Source: a virus
Lineage: Duplodnaviria > Caudoviricetes
Length of the DNA: 38,635 nucleotides
IMG/VR virus record: IMGVR_UViG_3300012948_000008
Coordinates: 1 to 38,635 of that record
Strand: one strand, 5' to 3'
Both the position numbers and the translations under genes were made by a program. Below, one piece after another: positions 1 to 7,872 of the stretch (positions are counted from its first letter, which is position 1; the number at the start of each line of letters is the position of its first letter). The notes below the pieces were generated by a model, which worked only from the letters and a program-made list of their open reading frames with translations, was not told the DNA's origin and did no database searches.

Positions 1-82
1 GGTAACGTGCAACCGGGAGGGGCAGCCAGCGCCAAAAGAAAAAAAGTCTTTCAACAACAACGCTTTGGGAGGTGAAGAGATC

Positions 83-217
83 ATGTGGCGAATAGTTCTG
101 TTAATAGCGGCGATCGTTGTTTTCGCGATCGAGGCCTGGCGCTCGAAGTCTTTGATCGCCCTCGGCCTGGCTTTACTCGCGGGCTCTTTCTTTTTCGCGG
201 CCGGGGCCCTGCGATGA
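83..217 (+). CDS. 44-aa two-transmembrane-helix protein, holin candidate (below ORF-track cutoff)
   Basis: GGAGGT RBS upstream; MWRIVLLIAAIVVFAIEAWRSKSLIALGLALLAGSFFFAAGALR; stop overlaps next start (ATGA at 214-217). Confidence 0.7.
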   Translation: MWRIVLLIAAIVVFAIEAWRSKSLIALGLALLAGSFFFAAGALR

Positions 218-825
218 TCAACGCACGCATGAACGTCTCGATCGCGGGCTCGAAAGAGCTCGACAAACAAACGAAGTTTGGACTCGCGGCCGCGCTTACC
301 TTGACGGCCAAAGAGATCCAAACCGGCGTCATACAGTCGATCGAGTCGAGCTTTACCGTGCGGACCGGATGGGATAAGCCCTCGAATATTTTCGGCGTGC
401 GGATCAAGCCCGCGACGAAAACGGATCTCTCGGCGTGGATCGGGACCGCGGCCGACTGGCTCGCGAAGTTTACCGAGCAACCGGCCGGATCCTTTGTTGT
501 CAAATTACCGGCGGGCGAGTTTCTCGCGATCCCGACGAAAAACGTCAAGCGCACGAAGCGCGACATAGTGAGCAAGGCTCAACGGCCGCGCTCGCTCGTC
601 GGCAAGCGCGACTTTGTGATCGTGACAAAGCGCGGCGTGCGCGTGCTCTTTCAACGCCGCGGCCGGGGCAAGAGCTCGACGCTTGTCGCGCTTTATATCC
701 TCGTGCCGCGCGCGCGGATCCCGCAGAAAGATTTTATGGCGGGACCGGCCGAGCGGATTTTCGCGAAGCGCTTCGGGCCGATCTTCGAGGATCAAGTCGC
801 GCGGGCTTTCGCCTCGGCGAAATGA
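214..825 (+). CDS. Phage morphogenesis protein, lambda gpZ-like tail completion family (tentative)
   Basis: Basic protein with an N-terminal A-A-L-T-x-T-A-K helix and a C-terminal F...F...A pattern typical of gpZ-like proteins; ATGA-coupled start at 214 preferred over 85. Confidence 0.55.
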   Translation: MINARMNVSIAGSKELDKQTKFGLAAALTLTAKEIQTGVIQSIESSFTVRTGWDKPSNIFGVRIKPATKTDLSAWIGTAADWLAKFTEQPAGSFVVKLPAGEFLAIPTKNVKRTKRDIVSKAQRPRSLVGKRDFVIVTKRGVRVLFQRRGRGKSSTLVALYILVPRARIPQKDFMAGPAERIFAKRFGPIFEDQVARAFASAK

Positions 826-1214
826 CGATCCGCCCGCAAGTCTATCGCGCGATCAACGGCGCGCGGCCGATCACGCACGGGGTATTTTGCGGCGAGGTGT
901 TTGTCTGTTACTCGCGATCGTTTTGCGGGGCGGCCTGGGCCATCAATGAGATCAACGGCGGCCGGTCAATTGCTTCTACCGTTTTGCACCAAGCGCCCGA
1001 AGCGGCCGAAGCGCTCGCGGACCTGGCCGACGAAGAGGATCCCGGCCGCGCCCGTTTCCGTCGCGACGCATGGCCCCGTGAGCGAGTGGACCGCGGCCGA
1101 GCTCGCCGCTTTTCACGCCTGGGCGCTCAGTTTGAAAGATTACCCGGGGCCGGGGCCGGGGCCCTAAAATCGCCAATGCAATCGCCTTGCCCGCCTCGTA
1201 AAAATCGTTTATAG
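822..1214 (+). CDS. Hypothetical protein (an overlapping ORF at 946-1167 is an alternative)
   Basis: ATGA overlap with the preceding stop; no recognisable motif. Confidence 0.3.
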   Translation: MTIRPQVYRAINGARPITHGVFCGEVFVCYSRSFCGAAWAINEINGGRSIASTVLHQAPEAAEALADLADEEDPGRARFRRDAWPRERVDRGRARRFSRLGAQFERLPGAGAGALKSPMQSPCPPRKNRL

Positions 1215-1221
1215 GGCGATT

Positions 1222-1734
1222 ATGAGGCAAAAAAATTTCCCTTTTTTGCGAAAACCAAAGGCGGGCAAGAAAACGGCCTCGATCTCGGCTTTGCATCGGC
1301 AAACGGGTTTATCACGAGCGACGATCGTTGAACGCCTCGACGCGGCGAGCATCAAGCCGAAGAGCATCAAGCCGCGCGAAAAACTTTACGACGAGGCCGA
1401 GGCCGCGGCCGTCCTGGCGGGCGAGAACGGCCACGGCCGGGCCGAAGTGATCGGGCTCAACGAAGCGCGCCGCAAGAAAACGATCGCCGAGGCGGATCGG
1501 ATCACACTCAAGCTCGAACGCGAACGCGGCGAGCTCGTGCCCTTGAATGAAGTACGCGATCAGCTTTTCCAACTCATCAAAGCGATGCACACTCGGATCG
1601 CTAAACGCTATCCCCGCGAGAATGCCAAGCGCTTGCGCCGATGCCGCGGCGCGGCCGATCTCGCGCATACCATCGAGATCGATCTCTCGCTCATCTTCGA
1701 AGAGCTCAAGCGCGATTATCCCCGACTCTTTTAA
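1222..1734 (+). CDS. Terminase small subunit (Nu1-like)
   Basis: N-terminal HTH (ISALHRQTGLSRATIVERL), coiled coil ending ERGELVP, directly upstream of TerL. Confidence 0.85.
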   Translation: MRQKNFPFLRKPKAGKKTASISALHRQTGLSRATIVERLDAASIKPKSIKPREKLYDEAEAAAVLAGENGHGRAEVIGLNEARRKKTIAEADRITLKLERERGELVPLNEVRDQLFQLIKAMHTRIAKRYPRENAKRLRRCRGAADLAHTIEIDLSLIFEELKRDYPRLF

Positions 1735-1737
1735 GCT

Positions 1738-3705
1738 ATGACGCCCGCCGCGTCAGTCGAGGCCCTCTTGCACGAGGCGATCGTCGCCGCGATCCCTGAC
1801 GCGCGCTTGAGCGTGCCTGACTGGGCCGACACCTATCGGATCGTCAGTCAAGGGCCCGAGGTGGGCTCGCGTTGGCAAACCGGGCGCGTGCCTTTCTTAC
1901 GCGAGATCCTCGAATGTGCAACCGATCGCCGCGTGCGCGAGATCGTGCTTTGGTCGTCGTCGCGCGTCGGCAAGACCGAGGGCGTTTTAAATAATCTCGT
2001 CGGCTTTTTCATGCATACGGATCCTTGCCCGATCATGGTCGTGCAGCCAACGCTTGACATGGCCGAGAAGTATTCGCGCGATCGCCTCACGAGCTTGATC
2101 CGCGAGACGCCCGTCTTACGAGATCTTGTCGAGGATCCGCGGGCCCGGGACTCGGGCAACACGCTCTTACACAAAACTTTTCGCGGCGGGCATATTTCGA
2201 TCGTCGGCGCAAACTCGCCCGTCGGCCTGGCGTCCGAAGATATCCGCGTTTTGCTTCTCGATGAGGTGGATCGCTTTCCGGTTAGCGCCGGGAGTGAGGG
2301 CGATCCCGTGGCCCTGGCCCGTGTCCGCACGCGCAACTTTGCCGCCTTGCTCGATGCGCTTGTAGTGATGACGAGCTCGCCGACGATCGAGGGGCAAAGC
2401 CGCATCGCCCGGGCGTACGCCGCGAGCGATCGCCGTCGTCTCTTCGTGCAATGCCCGGCCTGTGACGCCTGGCAACTCCCGCTTTGGCAGAATGTGAAAT
2501 GGTCCGATCTCGGCCTCGCGCCGGGCGCGGCCGTCTACGTTTGCCCCGAGTGTAACGCCGTGATCACTGACGCCGATAAGGACGAGTTGATCCGCCGTTA
2601 CGAGTGGCGCGCCGAGCGCGACTTTAACGGGATCGCCGGTTTCAAATTACCGGGCACGGTTTCGCCCTGGATGAGTTGGGGCGACATGGCCGAAGAGGTG
2701 ACGCGCGCGGCGCATGAGCACTCACTCGCACAGAAACAAGTTTTTGTTAACACCACGCTCGGCGAGCTTTGGGAGCCCTGGGAAGAGATCGACAAAGAGG
2801 ATCTCGAATTCCGGCAGGAAGAGTACAAGGCCGAAGTGCCCGCGGGCGTCGTCTTGCTAACGTTCGCGGTTGACGTGCAGATCGATCGCCTCGAAGTCGA
2901 GATCGCCGGGTGGGGTGTAGGTGACGAGCGATGGTCGATCGACTATCGGGTTTTGCGTGGCGATCCCGCGCGCGTCTCGGCCGAGGACGAGATCACGCTT
3001 TGGGACGAGCTTGCGCGCTATCTGGAAACCGACTGGCGGCACGAGCTCGGCGTCGCGATGCGCGTGCGTTGCGGTTGCATCGACTCGGGCGGCGCGTACA
3101 CTGACGCGGTATATAAGTTTTGCAAGCGCGCGGCCGGGCGGCGGCGGCTTTGGTGGGCCGTCAAGGGGGCCTCGATCCCTGGCCGTCCGATCGCCCCAAA
3201 GAAGCCGACGCGCGTCGGGCGTGATAACGTCGCCTTGCGAACGATCGGAACCGAGGTTGCGAAAGATCGGATCGCCGCGGCGCTCAAAAGCGGATGGTCG
3301 CCCGCGGGCGAGTGGCTCGGCGGCCCGGGCGCTTATCATTTCCCGGCGCACTATACGGCCGAATACTTCGAGCAATTGACGAGCGAGCGGGCCGTCGCCT
3401 CTTATCATCGCGGCTATCCGGTCAAACGTTGGGAGCTCAAGCCCGGCGCGCGCAATGAGGCCTGGGACGATCTTGTTTATAACCTGGCAGCGAAAGAGAT
3501 CCTCAAGCCCAACTTGAAACACTATCGCGATCTTTTACTTGAGCGGGCCGGGCAAAAGCCCGAGGGCGAGGGACCGGGCCCGGGCGACGAGGGCGCGAGC
3601 GGGCCGCCGCCGGGCAGCGAAGGGCCCGCGAGCCCGGCGCGAAACCCGAGCGGGCGACCGTTCAGATTACCGCGGCGACGCGGCGGCTTTGTTAGTAACT
3701 GGTGA
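1738..3705 (+). CDS. terL: Terminase large subunit, lambda gpA family
   Basis: Walker A SSRVGKTE, Walker B LLLDEVD, two CxxC motifs, nuclease motifs VDVQ..RLE, IDSGG and NEAWD. Confidence 0.97.
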   Translation: MTPAASVEALLHEAIVAAIPDARLSVPDWADTYRIVSQGPEVGSRWQTGRVPFLREILECATDRRVREIVLWSSSRVGKTEGVLNNLVGFFMHTDPCPIMVVQPTLDMAEKYSRDRLTSLIRETPVLRDLVEDPRARDSGNTLLHKTFRGGHISIVGANSPVGLASEDIRVLLLDEVDRFPVSAGSEGDPVALARVRTRNFAALLDALVVMTSSPTIEGQSRIARAYAASDRRRLFVQCPACDAWQLPLWQNVKWSDLGLAPGAAVYVCPECNAVITDADKDELIRRYEWRAERDFNGIAGFKLPGTVSPWMSWGDMAEEVTRAAHEHSLAQKQVFVNTTLGELWEPWEEIDKEDLEFRQEEYKAEVPAGVVLLTFAVDVQIDRLEVEIAGWGVGDERWSIDYRVLRGDPARVSAEDEITLWDELARYLETDWRHELGVAMRVRCGCIDSGGAYTDAVYKFCKRAAGRRRLWWAVKGASIPGRPIAPKKPTRVGRDNVALRTIGTEVAKDRIAAALKSGWSPAGEWLGGPGAYHFPAHYTAEYFEQLTSERAVASYHRGYPVKRWELKPGARNEAWDDLVYNLAAKEILKPNLKHYRDLLLERAGQKPEGEGPGPGDEGASGPPPGSEGPASPARNPSGRPFRLPRRRGGFVSNW

Positions 3706-3962
3706 TCACGATGCCGAATTGTTTCGCATGTGGACGGCCCGCGGCGCGCTTGGATCGCCAGATCTGGCAATGGGTTTGCGAGGGGCAAAGTGACTGCGGG
3801 ATGAGCTTTAGACGGCCCTTGCGTGATGGCGTCTATCAAGTTATAACGCGACAGTTTTGCGCGGGCTTTGTTCGCGAGGGCGGCGTGCTCGTCATGTGCG
3901 CGCCGATACTCCGAAAACGGATCGAGTATTGGCAAACGTGCGCGCGCCGGATCGCGGATTGA
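3702..3962 (+). CDS. Small Cys-rich hypothetical protein
   Basis: GTGA overlap with the terL stop; CFAC and further Cys residues. Confidence 0.55.
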   Translation: MITMPNCFACGRPAARLDRQIWQWVCEGQSDCGMSFRRPLRDGVYQVITRQFCAGFVREGGVLVMCAPILRKRIEYWQTCARRIAD

Positions 3963-4000
3963 CACCCGGCGCGACGCGCTCGGGCGCTTTGAGTTATGAT
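3960..4000 (+). promoter_or_regulatory. Putative late promoter, copy A
   Basis: TGACACCCG-GCG-CGACGCGC (3960-3979), then TATGAT (3995-4000); the motif recurs at 4209 and 7822. Confidence 0.6.
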
Positions 4001-4006
4001 CGCCGC

Positions 4007-4106
4007 GGTTGTCATGTTGTCGATCCCTTGAGGGGTGTGGGCCTTTTTCAAGGGTGGACCGGATCGGGATCTTTGCGGCCCGCGAGATCCCGGCCGGTTT
4101 CTTTTT
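4007..4106 (+). ncRNA. Candidate ~100-nt small RNA with intrinsic terminator
   Basis: Follows promoter copy A; no useful + strand ORF; CCCTTGA/TCAAGGG hairpin, then a long stem (4058-4098) and TTCTTTTT. Confidence 0.45.
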
Positions 4107-4208
4107 ATGAAACCCGATCGCGAACGTCTCGCCCTTTGGTTTTTTTGGTTCATGATCCTGGGGATCCTCGCCGCCGGGGCTTTCGCCTTTTATTGGCTCG
4201 TGAATCAC

Positions 4209-4250
4209 TGACACCCGCGCCGACGCGCGCCCGCCGCTTTCCGTTACTCT
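4209..4250 (+). promoter_or_regulatory. Putative late promoter, copy B
   Basis: TGACACCCG-CGC-CGACGCGC (4209-4228), TACTCT (4245-4250), ATG 10 nt later with no RBS. Confidence 0.6.
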
Positions 4251-4260
4251 CCCGCTCGCA

Positions 4261-4803
4261 ATGGGCGACATAATCACGGATCCCGTTGATCCTGGCGACG
4301 TCAAAACGTTCGCGCAAGACTACGCCGCACTCCTGGCCGAGATCTCAGCGACGGAAAAGATCACGGCGTCGAGTTGGGAAACACCCGCCGAGCTCGCCGT
4401 GATCTCGAACACTTTCGACGACACCTCGACCGCGATCAAGCTCGACTTTACCGCGGCCGTTGTCGGCCTCAATTATGCTTGTTACAACTCGATCGAAACC
4501 GACAGCGGCGAGAAGCGCCGCCGCTCGATCGTGATCCCAGTGCGCGACGCCGCGACTTTCTCGGGCACGGCCGCCGAGTATAAAGCGACGCTCGACGCGA
4601 TCCGCGCGGCCATCGCGAACACGGCCACGCGCGGCCAACTCCGACGGCAAATCGGCGACAAAACGATCGAGTGGATGAGCATAGAAGAGCTCATGAAAGC
4701 CGAGACGCGCTTTCAGCAACTCTATAACGACGCCAAGCGCGCCGAGCGCGTCGCCCAAGGCGGATCGTTTTCAACGATGATTCATACGCGCTTTGTCGGC
4801 TGA
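4261..4803 (+). CDS. gpW-like head-to-tail joining protein with a fused N-terminal beta-rich adaptor domain
   Basis: C-terminal LDAIRAAI...QIGDKTIEWMSIEEL is gpW-like and sits at the gpW position before the portal; the first ~95 aa resemble phage fibre/decoration adaptor proteins. Confidence 0.7.
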   Translation: MGDIITDPVDPGDVKTFAQDYAALLAEISATEKITASSWETPAELAVISNTFDDTSTAIKLDFTAAVVGLNYACYNSIETDSGEKRRRSIVIPVRDAATFSGTAAEYKATLDAIRAAIANTATRGQLRRQIGDKTIEWMSIEELMKAETRFQQLYNDAKRAERVAQGGSFSTMIHTRFVG

Positions 4804-4814
4804 GGGCTTAGAGA

Positions 4815-6446
4815 ATGAACGCGACGATCAAGCGAGTCTTAAAGTTTTTCGGTTACAAAGGCCCGGCCGCCGCGGCCCTGGGCCCGCGCTATCATCGGCG
4901 CACGTACAAGGGCGCGATCCCTTCTAACCTCACGGCCGACTGGTCAACCGCTCAGACAAGCGCCAACAATGAGCTTCGCCGCTCGTTGCGAAATTTGCGC
5001 GCCCGCTCACGCGAGCTCTATCGCAACAAAGGCGTGATGAAAAAGTTTTTGTCGATGCTCGGGGCCAACGTTGTCGGCCCTGACGGGATCGTTTTGCGGG
5101 TAACGTTTGATCCTCACGGTAACTCGACAACCGAGCGCGACAAAGAGCTCGCGGTGATGATCGAGAATGCTTTTAAAGAGTGGGCCAAGCCCGAGAATGC
5201 GAGCACGTCGGGCAAGCTTTCCTTTATTGGTCAACAAGCCTATGCCTTGCGCTCGATGGCCCGAGACGGCGAATTCCTTTGCCGTGAGATTATCGGCGCG
5301 CCGAATCCTTTCGGCTATGCGCTCAACTTTCGCGATCCCGCCTGGCTTGATGAAACCTTCTCGATCATTCTCCCGGGCTCGCGCCGCGTGCTTATGTCGG
5401 TCGAGCTCGACGACAACGATCGCCCCGTGCAGTATTGGCTGACACGCCCGCAGAATGATTATCTCTTTGCCGAGTATCAACCGACCGCACGCTTTCGCGT
5501 GCCCGTGCCCGCCGCCGAAGTGATTCATAAATTTCTCGTGACCGAGGACGAGATCCAAACCCGCGGCGTGCCCTGGGTCCATGCCGCGATGGAAGATATA
5601 CACATACTCGGCGGCATGGTCGACGCCGAGCTCGCAGCCACGCGCGCGGGCGCTTGTGTGACTGACTATTTGATGCCGCCGAAAGACGAGGACCAAGGCG
5701 ACGCGCCGGATCTCATTCCGAGCGAATTCGAGGCCGGGGCCATCCGCGAGCTTGAGCCCGGCGTCGCCCAAGTGATCCCGGCCGGGTGGGACGTCAAGAC
5801 TAACGATCCGAAACACCCTAACGCCAACATGCCCGCGTTTATCAAAGAGGTTAAGCGCGACATCGCCTCGGCGCTTGAGGTAAGTTATGAATCACTCGCC
5901 AACGATCGCGAGGGCGTTAACTACTCATCGATCCGCGCCGGGCTTCTCGAAGAGCGGGACCTGTGGCGCATGTTGCAGATATTCATGATCCAACACTTTT
6001 GCTCGCGCGTCTTTCGCAATTGGTTGCGCTCGGCGATGCTGACCGGGGCCGTCAATCTTTCCTTACGCGATTATGAGCGCGTGCGCGACACCTGGCGGCC
6101 GCGCGGTTGGGACTGGGTGGATCCGCTTAAAGACATACAAGCCGCGATCCTGGCGATCATGAACGGCCTCGAATCTCGGACGGATTATTGCGATCAACGG
6201 GGCGACGATTTTATAGACAACGTTGCCAAGCTAACCGAAGAAAATAAGCTTCTCGAAGCGGCCGGGCTCGGGCCCCAACTGACGGCCAAAGCGCCGCCGA
6301 AACCGGCAACCGACAAAGAGCAACCGGGGGCCAAAGAGCAAGCGCCCGAGGGCGAGCCCGCGGGCGCAGAGGGTGACGGCGAAGAGGCCTCGCGCGTCTT
6401 GCCGATCTTTGAGTCTCTACTCTTGCCGAGCACTCGGGCCCAATAG
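4815..6446 (+). CDS. Portal protein, lambda gpB family
   Basis: LRARSRELYRN, NVVGPDGI, DGE, QTRGVPW, NYSSIRAGLLE and W.WVDPLKD motifs. Confidence 0.97.
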   Translation: MNATIKRVLKFFGYKGPAAAALGPRYHRRTYKGAIPSNLTADWSTAQTSANNELRRSLRNLRARSRELYRNKGVMKKFLSMLGANVVGPDGIVLRVTFDPHGNSTTERDKELAVMIENAFKEWAKPENASTSGKLSFIGQQAYALRSMARDGEFLCREIIGAPNPFGYALNFRDPAWLDETFSIILPGSRRVLMSVELDDNDRPVQYWLTRPQNDYLFAEYQPTARFRVPVPAAEVIHKFLVTEDEIQTRGVPWVHAAMEDIHILGGMVDAELAATRAGACVTDYLMPPKDEDQGDAPDLIPSEFEAGAIRELEPGVAQVIPAGWDVKTNDPKHPNANMPAFIKEVKRDIASALEVSYESLANDREGVNYSSIRAGLLEERDLWRMLQIFMIQHFCSRVFRNWLRSAMLTGAVNLSLRDYERVRDTWRPRGWDWVDPLKDIQAAILAIMNGLESRTDYCDQRGDDFIDNVAKLTEENKLLEAAGLGPQLTAKAPPKPATDKEQPGAKEQAPEGEPAGAEGDGEEASRVLPIFESLLLPSTRAQ

Positions 6447-6809
6447 CGCGGCCCGGTGTTCGTCGGCCTTGGCGAAAGCTTGCTCGAACGTGTCGCCCTG
6501 GCCCTCGATCGAAAAGCCGAGCCCGTCAAACTTGCCGACTTCAAACCGATAATACATCGAGGGCCAAAAGGCCGCGTCTTTCCGTTTCAACGCCTCACGC
6601 TTGCGCGCGAGTAACTCTTGATACCAGTCAAGCGCGTTTAAGCGCTCGGCGATCTCTTGCTCGATCGCCGTGATCTCATCGCGAGCGGCGATGAGTTGCT
6701 CGCGGCCCTTGGCCCGCCTTTCGGGCGAGCTCATATCGTCGCCCTGGCGCACGATCGCGCGCTTGCCCCAACGCTTGCGCGCGAGCTTCTCGGCTTGCTG
6801 TTTTGTCAT
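6417..6809 (-). CDS. Hypothetical protein (inverted accessory cassette)
   Basis: ATGA-coupled to 6806-7060; helical, protein-like composition. Confidence 0.7.
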   Translation of the reverse strand: MTKQQAEKLARKRWGKRAIVRQGDDMSSPERRAKGREQLIAARDEITAIEQEIAERLNALDWYQELLARKREALKRKDAAFWPSMYYRFEVGKFDGLGFSIEGQGDTFEQAFAKADEHRAALLGPSARQE

Positions 6810-7060
6810 GATGCCGCCTCACTTTCGGCCGCGTCTTGGCAGTCTTGAGAATCGGGATCGCATGCTTCGAGCCCGTGCCCGACTCTGTTAAGCGCATCTT
6901 CCCAAAGCTCGCGCGTCGGTTGATCACTCCACTGTGACTCAACGAGACAGTGCACGCCATCGCTCGCCCAATGAAAGCCCGCGGGCGCGTCGATGAGAAT
7001 CTCGAAAGGGCCGCCCGCGCCTGGCTTGCCGTATTCAATTTCGGCCCCGAGTAGTTTCAC
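6806..7060 (-). CDS. Hypothetical protein (inverted accessory cassette)
   Basis: GAGGT RBS upstream; DAPAGFHW..DGVHCLV and C-x4-DC. Confidence 0.7.
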   Translation of the reverse strand: MKLLGAEIEYGKPGAGGPFEILIDAPAGFHWASDGVHCLVESQWSDQPTRELWEDALNRVGHGLEACDPDSQDCQDAAESEAAS

Positions 7061-7094
7061 GGCCGCGAGTACCTCTTAGCGGATGGTTTCTTGC

Positions 7095-7412
7095 TCATCG
7101 GCCCGCCTCGCTTTCTGCGATGAGGCCCGAGGCCCTCATCGCGCGCGTGGCAAACAAGATGCACGAGGCATTGACCGAGGCCTTGGCCATGGCGGCCCCG
7201 AGCACTTCGAGGGCCTCTTTCGCCTCGCGGGCGGCCTCGTCATAACCGGCCAAGATCTCGGCCCGCAAGGCGGGAATAAAGCGGCCGAGCTTCTCGTCGT
7301 CGCGAAACGCCTCGACGATCCCGCGTCGGTGGGCGATCTCGATCGCCGCTTTCATTGCGCCATCACATAACAGCGACGGCAAATCGGTTGCGGTTTGGGT
7401 TTGGTTTTTCAT
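7095..7412 (-). CDS. Hypothetical protein (inverted accessory cassette)
   Basis: AAAGGG RBS, ATG at 7412. Confidence 0.7.
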   Translation of the reverse strand: MKNQTQTATDLPSLLCDGAMKAAIEIAHRRGIVEAFRDDEKLGRFIPALRAEILAGYDEAAREAKEALEVLGAAMAKASVNASCILFATRAMRASGLIAESEAGR

Positions 7413-7445
7413 GGTGTCGTTTGTCCCTTTCAAGAGTAAGTGTGA

Positions 7446-7661
7446 TTAGTTTCGCGCTTTGTTCAAGAGGCCCTCGGCATCGAGGGCCTCAACTATGATC
7501 TGATATCCGCCGCGGACCTGGGCCGCGCCGCGCTTCGTTTTGTAAACCTTGGCGGCAAGCTTCGTGCCCGGGCCGACGAAACACTCGCCGATAAAGTCGC
7601 CGTTTGTGCAGAGAATTAAATTCGGATTGATTGCGCTTCTCACTATGTATTCGGTTGCCAT
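7446..7661 (-). CDS. Hypothetical protein, first gene of the inverted cassette
   Basis: Purine-rich RBS, ATG at 7661, directly downstream of the repeated sigma70 promoter. Confidence 0.7.
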   Translation of the reverse strand: MATEYIVRSAINPNLILCTNGDFIGECFVGPGTKLAAKVYKTKRGAAQVRGGYQIIVEALDAEGLLNKARN

Positions 7662-7705
7662 TGTTTTTCTTTCCCTTTCTGGCGTCTCGCGCCCTGACAA
7701 GAGAG

Positions 7706-7750
7706 ATACTAGCAAATCATATGATAGCTGTCAAGCGAATCATAGGATTT
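7706..7750 (-). promoter_or_regulatory. Sigma70-type promoter/operator, copy 1 of 3
   Basis: TTGACA-17 bp-TAGTAT with the palindrome ATCATATGAT in the spacer; 38-bp core (7709-7746) identical at 27311 and 28910. Confidence 0.85.
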
Positions 7751-7821
7751 TAGTCAACTTATTTTAGGCCCCTAAAATCGGGCCCAAAAACGGGCCTTTT
7801 GCGGCCTGGGCCGCTACATAG

Positions 7822-7863
7822 TGACACCCGCCGCGACGCGCCCTCGATATGTTGTGTTAGTTT
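7822..7863 (+). promoter_or_regulatory. Putative late promoter, copy C
   Basis: TGACACCCG-CCG-CGACGCGC (7822-7841), TAGTTT (7858-7863), ATG at 7873 with no RBS. Confidence 0.6.
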
Positions 7864-7872
7864 CCCGGCCCG

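Noticed and set aside
85-213. N-terminal extension of ORF 85-825
   Set aside because: This region is better explained by the RBS-supported 83-217 membrane ORF coupled to ATG 214
3522-4304. Long antisense/overlapping ORFs (3522-4304 and similar shadow ORFs opposite structural genes)
   Set aside because: Expected in GC-rich DNA; Arg/Pro-rich, motif-free and overlapping well-supported genes
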